This document shows, one piece after another, positions 1 through 6,896 of a stretch of 7,165 nt of DNA. The stretch is taken from positions 1-7,165 of the forward strand of contig NZ_JAEDAM010000095.1 in the NCBI RefSeq assembly GCF_018420025.1, in the 5' to 3' direction. Every line of letters starts with the position of its first letter. Positions within the stretch are counted from its first letter, which is position 1. Both the position numbers and the translations under genes were made by a program. The notes under the pieces are model-generated. The model saw only the letters and a list, made by a program, of their open reading frames with translations, was not told the DNA's origin and ran no database searches. The DNA is from Candidatus Vampirococcus lugosii (GTDB taxonomy: Bacteria; Patescibacteriota; Gracilibacteria; Absconditabacterales; Absconditicoccaceae).

Positions 1-258
1 AAAAATCTTGATGAAAAAGATATAGATGCTTTTAATATCGCTTGAGAAGATACAAATCAAAATTTTGATAGGTGGGTAGTACCTTTGGAATACTTTGAAA
101 ATAATAATTATGACATATCACCCAAAAATCCTTTTGAAAAAAAAGATATAGTTTTGTCAATAGATGAAAATCTATCTTTGATAAATAAAGGAAATAGTTG
201 ATTTACACAAGAGTTTGAAAATCTTGAAAAACTTTTGGAAGATAATGATTTGGTATAA
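1..258 (+). CDS. hsdM: Probable type I R-M methyltransferase subunit HsdM, C-terminal fragment (5' end outside window); translated with table 25
   Basis: Frame 1 is open from the window edge to TAA 256-258, with two in-frame TGA (43-45, 199-201). The translation ...NFDRWVVPLEYFENNNYDISPKNPFEKK...LEKLLEDNDLV* has a W...E(Y/I)...N-Y-D/N-L/I-S/N-P tail like HsdM C-termini. It ends 25 nt upstream of hsdS. The call rests on a short fragment plus operon context. Confidence 0.55.
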
Positions 259-283
259 TTTTAATTAATATAAAACTTAAAAA

Positions 284-1756
284 ATGGAACAAAATATATG
301 AGATTTGATTAAAAATCTTGAGTGGAGAGAGGAAAAGTTGGGAAATATTATAGAAAAATCTGAAAAAGAAAATAAAAAATGAGAAAAAAGACCAATTTAT
401 GATGGAATTTTGACAGGTTGAGGATTTTCTAGAAATAAATCTTCTTGAGTTATAAGTGCTTGATGAGACCATATATGAACAGATTGAAAGTTAAGAATAA
501 ATGATAATAATAAAAAATATATTTCAAAAGAGTTATTTGATAAAAGAAATAATACTGAAAAATGAAAAAATGATTTTAAAGAAGTTCATGAAAAAATACT
601 TAAAAATTGAGATATTTTGATGGTTAAAGATTGAGCTGGTAGTTGAAGAGTTTGTTATGTAGATCAGAAAGATTTAGATTTTATTTTAAAAGGTGAAGAC
701 AATAAAGAAATAACAATAAATGAACATGTTTATATATTTAGATTTGATAATAATATTGTAAATCAAAAATTTATTTATTATTATTTTTTCTTTTTATGAG
801 CAGAAAAAATTACTTCTATAACAAGTGCTAATCAAATTATTAATTGAATAAATAGAGGTTCTATTATTGAATTAAGTATAATACTTACTGACCTTCAAAC
901 CCAACAAACAATAGCAAATTTTCTGGATGATTGTTTTGATAAACTTGATAATGCAGATAAATATTTGCAGTTGATTTTTCAAAGCACAAATCAAAAAAGA
1001 TGATGATGAGATGTGATTGACAAAAATTTTTTGAATACAAATTTTGAAGAGATATTGCAAAAATATGATGAAAAGATAGTAAAACTTGAAAAATTAGAAA
1101 AAGATAAACAAAAAAGAAATTTTGAAAATACAGTGATGAAGTGAAACTTGATTGATAATCTATGGAAAAGTATACTTGAAGGGGTTTTAGGAAAATATAA
1201 TACTGAAGATGATGATACATTAAATAATATAATTTCTTGATTTAATAAATGAAAAAAACCAAAAAATTCTGTAGATCCAAATTTAAAACCATATTTAGAT
1301 TTAAATTATTTTAGAACTTGAAAAGTTAAAGAGTATTTAAATGACTGATTGGAAGTTAACAAATGAGATTTAGTTATTGTATGGGACTGAGAAAATAGAT
1401 GAGATAGTTTTATTGTAAATACAAACTGATATTTATCATCTACTATGTCAAAAGTTAATTTAAAAAGATGAAATGAGTTAAAGTTCTTAAATTATATATT
1501 TTTATACTTTAAAGAAGAATTTAAAAATAATTGAGTTTGATGGCACTTAAATAAAGATTATATTTTAAAAAAATCTTTTAATATCCCCGACCTTGAAACT
1601 CAAAAAGAGATAGTAAATATACTTGAAAAAGCATTTATATACTATCAAAGGATGAAAAATAAAGCTGAAAGCAATCAAAAATATCTACAAAATATGAGAA
1701 AATGAATACTTACAAATATATTTGAAACTGCAAATTTACTTTCTAATCAAAAATAA
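284..1756 (+). CDS. hsdS: Type I R-M specificity subunit HsdS (490 aa, two target-recognition domains); table 25
   Basis: ATG 284 is the first start after in-frame TAA 278-280. The frame stays open to TAA 1754-1756 with 30 in-frame TGA (every codon walked by hand) and no TAA/TAG. It has a two-half architecture. Each half has a TRD-type G-D-(I/L)-(L/V)...D-G...G strand: GDILMVKDGAGSGRVCYV at 608-661 and GDLVIVWDGENRGDSFIV at 1364-1417. Each is followed by the conserved-helix start (L/P)DLxTQxxIxxxL(D/E): LTDLQTQQTIANFLD at 884-928 and IPDLETQKEIVNILE at 1583-1627. Confidence 0.85.
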
Positions 1757-1758
1757 AA

Positions 1759-4236
1759 ATGTATACAGAAGCTGACACAAAATCAAAACATATAGAGCCA
1801 AATCTTAAAAAATCTTGATGGGATGAATCAAACATCGCAAGAGAATATAAGATAACAGCTGATAGTATGGTAGTAGTATGAGAAGAATACCACACCAAAA
1901 ACACTGCCAAATTTGCTGATTATGTTTTGAAGATAAACAACAATATCATAGCTATCATAGAAGCTAAAGCTGAAGATCAAGATTTAGATAATCATACCAA
2001 ACAAATCAAAACTTATGTAAATATGATGTGAATGAGATTTTGATTTTTGACAAACTGAAAAAGCATATTGCAATATGATAGCAAAACTCAAGAATTTACA
2101 CACATAGAAAATTTTCCAACTCAAGAACAACTGATAAACCAAATATACGGTAAAAACATAGATATAAAGTCTGATCCTTTGACCTTTCCTTTATACAATC
2201 TATGAACAAGAACTCCAAGATATTATCAACTTAGAGCAGTAAATAGCATCATAAGCAATATTAAAAGATGAAATAAAAAAACTTTACTTGTAATGGCAAC
2301 AGGAACTTGAAAAACTTTTGTATCTTTCCAAACTATATGGAAACTTTATAAATCATGATTTTTCAACAAAATACTTTTTTTAGCAGATAGAAATATACTT
2401 GTTGATCAAGCATTTGACGATTTTGAACCTTTCAAAGATGCAAGATACCGCATACAAGATTGAAAATTTAATCAAAATAGAAATATATATTTTTCAACTT
2501 ATCAAACTTTATATTCTCCAAAGTGAGATGGTTATTTTTATGAGCAGATAGATAAAGATTTTTTTGATTTGATAGTTATAGATGAATGCCATAGATCAAG
2601 ATATGGTAGCTGGTGAGAAGTGCTAAACTGGTTCGGTAGTGCTTATAGTGTATGACTTACTGCCACTCCTCAAAGAAGCGATAATATAGATGTTTTTGAT
2701 TATTTTTGACAACCTGTATATGAGTATAGTATGTGAAAAGCTATAGACGATGGTTATTTAGTACCATATAAAATTTATAAAATTACTTTAAACACTCATA
2801 GAGAATGAATAAAAATAGATGATAATATAAAAATACTTAATCCTGACGAAGTAGATGTAGAAGAAGTAAAAAAACAAAAATTTTATGATCCAAGCAGTAT
2901 AGAAAGAAAGATAATCTGAAAAGAGATAACAGATAAGATATGTAATAAGATATATGATATTGTACAACAAAATAATAAACCTTGAGCCAAAGCTATTGTT
3001 TTTGCAGTAGACAAATCTCATGCAGGTAGAATTTCTGATAAATTATGTGAAATTGCTAAAGATCCTGATTATGCTACTAGAATAGTTTCTGAAGACAAAG
3101 ACGATCTAAGAAAATTTAAAGATATAGAACAAAATAAACCTATAATAGCAACAACTGTAGATTTACTTTCAACTTGAGTAGATATCACAACTGTAGAAAA
3201 TATTGTTTTTGCAAGAAATATAGGCTCTATGACACTTTTTAAGCAAATTATATGAAGATGATCAAGACTTAGCAAATGAAAATGATTTTTTAGAATTATA
3301 GATTTTACAAATGCTACAAGATTCTTAGACGAATGGGATGTGCCAGATGCTGAAGAAGATGAGGAAACAAATAACGAGCAAGCAATTCCTCCATTTGAAA
3401 ATAAATGTTTTGGGCAAGTAGTAGATAAAGAAACTTGAGAATGAATCTATAAAGCATATATCAAAGTAAAAGTTTGAAAAAATATAGTAGCTCATACTTA
3501 TTCAAATCAAGATGGAAGTTTTGAATTTTTTAACTTGCCAAGCAACGAAAAACTAAGAATTATCATAGAATACAAATGATACAAAACAAAAAATAAACTT
3601 ATAGAAAACGAAAACTCTCAAGATATAGAAACTTTTGAACTGAAAAAAATCAAAAAATCAAAAAAGATAAAAGTAGAATGACTTGAAGTATATGAGGAGG
3701 AAGAAGTTATTATAGAATTTGACGGGAAAAGAATGAATTTTGGAGAATATAAAAAATACTCACAAAATGGACTTAAAGAAGAAGTATTTGATATGAACAA
3801 CTTAAAAGAGATCTGGACAAATATAGGAAAAAGAGAGGAATTTATAGATAAGCTAAAAGAAAAAAATATATTTCTTGATTTTCTAAAAAACACTGATGGA
3901 CTTGAAGATGTAGATAAATTTGATTTTATAGCACATACGGTATTTGGGGCACCGATCATATCAAGACATGAAAGATATGAAAAGTTTATGCTTGAAAATG
4001 CTGATAAGATCAAAAATTCTTGAGAAGAATTTGCTGAAGTAGTTTTTTGGATGCTTGAAAAATACAAACTTCATGGAGAAGAAGAACTTTCCCCTGATGT
4101 TTTTGTGCATTCACCGGATAAGATAGATTCTATAAAACAAGTGTATACTAAAGAAAGGTGATGACTTAGAAAATTTATGAGCTGACTTTTACATAAAATT
4201 TATTTTTCTAAAGAAGTAGAATATGGTAGAAAGTAA
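1759..4236 (+). CDS. hsdR: Type I restriction enzyme R subunit HsdR (825 aa), EcoEI/EcoAI-like; table 25
   Basis: ATG 1759 lies 2 nt after the hsdS TAA and is the first start after in-frame TAA 1744-1746. The frame is open to TAA 4234-4236 with about 32 in-frame TGA and no TAA/TAG (all lines checked codon by codon). The N-terminus MYTEADTKSKHIEPNLKKSGW is HsdR-like. There is a PD-(D/E)xK-like D...EAK at 1918-1968. SF2 helicase motifs present: I MATGTGKT (2293-2316), Ia LFLADRN (2374-2394), II DECH (2581-2592), III GLTATP (2653-2667), V STGVD (3169-3183), VI QIIGRGSR (3244-3267). The C-terminal VDKFDFIAHTVFGAPIISRHERYEKF resembles the EcoEI_R_C domain. Confidence 0.93.
1918..1968 (+). other. 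PD-(D/E)xK-type endonuclease motif of HsdR (D-x13-E-A-K)
   Basis: FADYVLKINNNIIAIIEAKA: Asp at 1918-1920, then Glu-Ala-Lys at 1960-1968, in the N-terminal position where HsdR nuclease motifs II/III sit. Confidence 0.6.
2218..3300 (+). other. SF2 (DEAD/DEAH-like) helicase/translocase core of HsdR
   Basis: Ordered motifs Q-like RYYQ, I, Ia, II (DECH), III, V and VI as listed for hsdR. Glycines in motifs I, III, V and VI are TGA-encoded. Confidence 0.9.
3406..3591 (+). other. CarboxypepD_reg-like (transthyretin-like beta-sandwich) domain inserted between the HsdR helicase core and the C-terminal domain
   Basis: CFGQVVDKETGEGIYKAYIKVKVGKNIVAHTYSNQDGSFEFFNLPSNEKLRIIIEYKGYKTK follows the family pattern G-x-V-x-D-x-x-T-G-x-x-(I/L)-x-x-A-x-(V/I)-x-(V/L) ... 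T-x-(S/T)-x-x-D-G-x-F-x-(F/L)-x-x-L-P ... (Y/L)-x-(I/V) ... G-Y. This is pattern recognition only, with no profile search. Confidence 0.55.
3673..4203 (+). other. EcoEI_R_C-like C-terminal domain of HsdR
   Basis: VEGLEVYEEEEVIIEFDGKRMNFGEYKKY...LKEIWTN...REEFIDKLKEKNI...DVDKFDFIAHTVFGAPIISRHERYEKF...FAEVVFWMLEKYKLHGEEEL...GGLRKFMSGLLHKIY matches the remembered consensus of type IB-like HsdR C-termini (DLFDLI-H-AF...R-ERA...). Confidence 0.6.
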
Positions 4237-6808
4237 AAAAAATGATAAATGATATAAAAGTTCTTACAATTCTATTGTAGATTTTTGGAATGATGTTGAA
4301 AAAATACCAAAAAATGAATTTGAAAAAATCTATATAGATACTTTAAATAAAGATAAATCAGATGATTATAATATTGTCCCAACTCCAAGAGATTTGATAG
4401 ATTTAAGTATTGATCTATTTACTAAATTTCTAGAGGGAAAGGAATTTAAAAGTTTGCTTGATCCTTATATGTGAACTTGATGATTTTTGATAAAAGCAAA
4501 AGAAAAACTATCTATAACAAATTTTTATTGATTTGAGATAAAAAAAAGTTTAGAAGAAAAAAATGATAGATATTTTGAAGCAATTTGATTTAAGAAAACG
4601 AATAATTTAAAATATGAAGAATTTGATAAACAATGAGAATATAATTTAATTTTTACAAATCCAGATACTAAAACAAGTTTTGAAAATATAAAAAACCTTT
4701 TATGAAATAATCTTAAAAATAACTGATATGCTATTTTATTCCTACAAGATGAAAAATTAAAAGAGTTTAAAACTACTGAATTTGAAAAGGTTGATCCAAA
4801 ATTTATAGTAAAACTACCTTGATGAATATTTGAAAAATCTTGAATTCAATCAAATATTGTTTTGATACAAAAAAAAGCATATTCATGACAAACTTTATTT
4901 GTAAATTTTAGAGACCAGCAAAAAGACTTTTTACAAAAAACTTGAAAAAAACCAGAATTAATAAAAACTATAGAAAACAATTATAAAGATTGAAAAATTG
5001 ATGAAAAAATAGAAAATGATTATATAAAATTACTTGACTGGGCAAAAATAAATTGATTAAATTATAAATTTGAAACAAATACTTCTATTGACCTTGCTTC
5101 CACATACGAAGTAATAGAAAAAAGTTTTTTTGCATGACTTTGACAATTAAGAAGCTTGAATCATCTTTTGGATAAAAATGATATAATGTCTTTGAAAAAT
5201 ACAGTTTCTATCTTAACTGATAAAAAAATAACTAAGATTATAAAAGAAATTCAAGATTCTCCACAAAAGATACAATCTTCAAAACTTTATGAGATCTTAA
5301 CAGCACTTACAGTTAGTAATTTTTTGATATTTTCATGACCTCCGTGAGTTGGTAAAACAAGTTTAATTGATAAATTATCAAATGCTATTTGATGAAATTT
5401 TAAAAAAATGCCAATCAAATCAAATTTTGTTGATGAAAGTGGGCTTTTATGATATTGGAATCCTTTACTTTCAAGGTATGAATGAACTGAAGTTTTAGAG
5501 TTTATCTTTGAAAGTGCAAAAGTTGAAGAAATACCATATTTTTTACTACTTGATGAGATGAACTTATCAAAAATAGAAAATTATTTTAGCGAATTTTTGG
5601 CAAAGATAGATAATTTACAATCTATTTGAGCAGAAATAAAACTTTTTGATGTGCTTATAGATAGTAAATCTAAATTTAATAATATAAAATATTTTATAGA
5701 CAAGTATTACTTAGATGAAAATCAAATTAATATGAAAAAATGAAATTTTCAAGATTTTTATGATGATTATAAAGAATGAAAACAACTTGAGATAGAAGTA
5801 AAGATAAAACTATCATCAAACCTACATATCATCTGAACTATAAACGAGGATGAGACAACAAATAGTTTATCAAATAAAGTTCTTGATAGAGCTTTTTATA
5901 TAAGTTTATGAGTGGATGATTTATTTGAGGGGAATGAAGAAGATTTTATAAATAAAAGTTATAATTATATAAAAAACATAAAACTACAAAAACAAGAAAT
6001 CAATAAAAAAATAACAGGTAAACAATTAGAAGATGATATATTTAAAAAAATAGAAAAATATTGAGAAGTTGATAGAGAAAAAAAAGTAAATAATAAAAGT
6101 GTAGATTTACTTCAAAATATAGATAATTGATTTTCAAAAATAGATATACTTTATGAGATAAAATCTTCAAATAATCAAGGTAATAATTGAATAAATCAAT
6201 TAAAAGATTATATAAATTTATATAAATCAAATAATCAAGGTAATAATTGAATAAATCAATTAAAAGATTATATAAATTTATATAAATCAAATAATCAAAA
6301 AATATGAATTTTAGTTATTAATTGATTTAATTGAATTGATAGAAAAGATAATATATTTATTTTATGATATGATGTTTTTGATTCTTTTATTGATCTATTT
6401 TTTAAACAAATTTTCTTTATTAAAAATGATGTAAATTATCAAGATATTACTTCAAAAAATAGTTGAAACTTAGAAGATGCAAAGGGAATATTTTCAAAAG
6501 AAGAACAAAAATTTATAAATGAAATAAATGAACTTATACAACAAATAGAAAAAAATGATGCTATAGCTTATAGATCTATAGAATATATGGCAAGTTTTGT
6601 AAAAAATTATAAGGAAAATATAAATAATGTTGATGAAAAAAACATATTAGATATAGTACTTTGTCAAAAAGTCTGGCCCAAGATAAAAAATTATAGTATA
6701 TTATGAAACAAAGAAGATGATTTTAAAAAATTAAAAAACAAGGTTAAAGAACATCTTTGAGAAAAAAGTGAAAGTTGGCAAATGTTAGATAGTATTGATT
6801 TTAATTAA
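4223..6808 (+). CDS. Fusion protein (861 aa): N-terminal HsdM-like gamma-class N6-adenine DNA methyltransferase domain with degenerate catalytic motif, plus C-terminal McrB-type AAA+ (AAA_5-like) NTPase; table 25
   Basis: ATG 4223 is the only ATG between in-frame TAG 4217-4219 and the first conserved motif, and it overlaps the hsdR 3' end by 14 nt. The frame is open to TAA 6806-6808 with 40 in-frame TGA and no TAA/TAG. Every codon was walked, and both domains lie in one continuous frame. MTase-like motifs: IVPTPRDLIDLSIDLF (4373-4420), LLDPYMGTGGFLI (4454-4492), FYGFEI (4523-4540), YNLIFTNPDT (4640-4669), PGGIFEKSGIQSNIVLIQKK (4817-4876). AAA+ motifs: FSGPPGVGKTSL (5330-5365), FLLLDEMNLS followed by KIENYFSEFLAKID (from 5540), IIGTINEDETT (5828-5860), LDRAF (5882-5896). 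Confidence 0.8.
4373..4876 (+). other. HsdM/N6_Mtase-like domain, no own target-recognition domain recognised, catalytic motif IV reads NPDT
   Basis: The order motif X-like (TPRDLIDL) -> I (DPYMGTGGF) -> II (GFEI) -> IV position (FTNPDT) -> VIII-like (LPGGIFEKSGIQSNIVLIQK) is the gamma-class permutation seen in HsdM and Eco57I-type enzymes. Confidence 0.7.
5318..5911 (+). other. McrB-type AAA+ NTPase domain
   Basis: Walker A GPPGVGKT (5336-5359), Walker B LLLDEMN (5543-5563), GTxN sensor segment IIGTINEDETT, and LDRAF. This compares with the E. coli McrB pattern GPPGxGKT ... DEINR ... GTMNTADRS ... D-A-x-x-RRF (from memory). Confidence 0.72.
6167..6298 (+). repeat. Perfect 60-bp tandem duplication (2.2 copies), in frame inside the fusion CDS
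   Basis: 6167-6226 and 6227-6286 are identical at 60/60 positions, and 6287-6298 repeats the first 12 nt. The flanks mismatch at 6166 vs 6226 (t/a) and 6239-6240 vs 6299-6300 (gg/aa). The repeat encodes SNNQGNNGINQLKDYINLYK twice, then SNNQ. Confidence 0.97.
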
Positions 6809-6892
6809 ATTTTGTATTATAAGAAAAAATATTTGCATTTTATAATATAATGAGTATTATAAGAAAAAATATTTATAGATAACAATAATATA
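6809..6892 (+). promoter_or_regulatory. Only sizeable intergenic gap in the window; presumed promoter/leader of the downstream ATPase gene
   Basis: An 84-nt gap lies between TAA 6806-6808 and ATG 6893. There is a TATAAT hexamer at 6841-6846 and another at 6889-6894 that overlaps the start codon. No convincing -35 at canonical spacing, and TATAAT-like hexamers are expected by chance in DNA this AT-rich. Confidence 0.3.
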
Positions 6893-6896
6893 ATGA
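6814..6896 (+). repeat. Imperfect tandem duplication (40 nt + 43 nt) of the leader/start region of the downstream ATPase gene
   Basis: The 21-mer gtattataagaaaaaatattt occurs at 6814-6834 and again at 6854-6874. Both units end in ataatataATGA (6842-6853 and 6885-6896). Unit 2 follows unit 1 directly. Confidence 0.85.

Noticed and set aside
1001-1009. Three consecutive TGA codons (aga-TGA-TGA-TGA-gat, part of gatgatgatga) in the central region of hsdS as a slippage-prone phase-variation or spacer-length tract
   Set aside because: Only about 3-4 trinucleotide units are present, too short for a convincing contingency repeat. The tract reads simply as Gly-Gly-Gly (KRGGGD) in a linker. It does show that three standard 'stops' in a row are read through in frame.
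3733-4023. Plus-strand ORFs 3733-4023 (96 aa) and 5156-5338 (60 aa) as stand-alone small genes
   Set aside because: They are simply the TGA-to-TGA segments of hsdR and of the fusion gene, in the same frames. Their sequences continue seamlessly into conserved motifs on both sides once TGA is decoded.
203-4067. Minus-strand ORFs from the track (203-472, 872-1060, 885-1220, 2788-3021, 3069-3275, 3618-4067) as real genes
   Set aside because: Their translations are low-complexity and rich in Phe, Ile, Ser, Leu and Tyr, as expected for the antisense of AT-rich, Lys/Glu/Asn-rich coding sequence. Each lies entirely opposite a well-supported + strand CDS with recognisable motifs.
6042-6290. Minus-strand ORF with an internally repeated peptide, or a CRISPR-like or satellite array
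   Set aside because: The repetition mirrors the 60-bp tandem duplication in the + strand CDS. The units are directly adjacent with no spacers, there are only 2.2 copies, and they are in frame with the fusion protein, so this is not CRISPR and not a separate gene.
6850-6882. 10-codon ORF MSIIRKNIYR* as a genuine small protein or leader peptide gene
   Set aside because: It is most simply a by-product of the duplicated leader/start segment. There is no independent support and the sequence is too short to evaluate. It is kept only as part of the duplicated-leader finding.
6806-6892. Rho-independent terminator after the fusion gene
   Set aside because: I could find no GC-containing stem-loop followed by a T-run. 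The region contains only AT-rich direct repeats and the short palindrome aaatattt.
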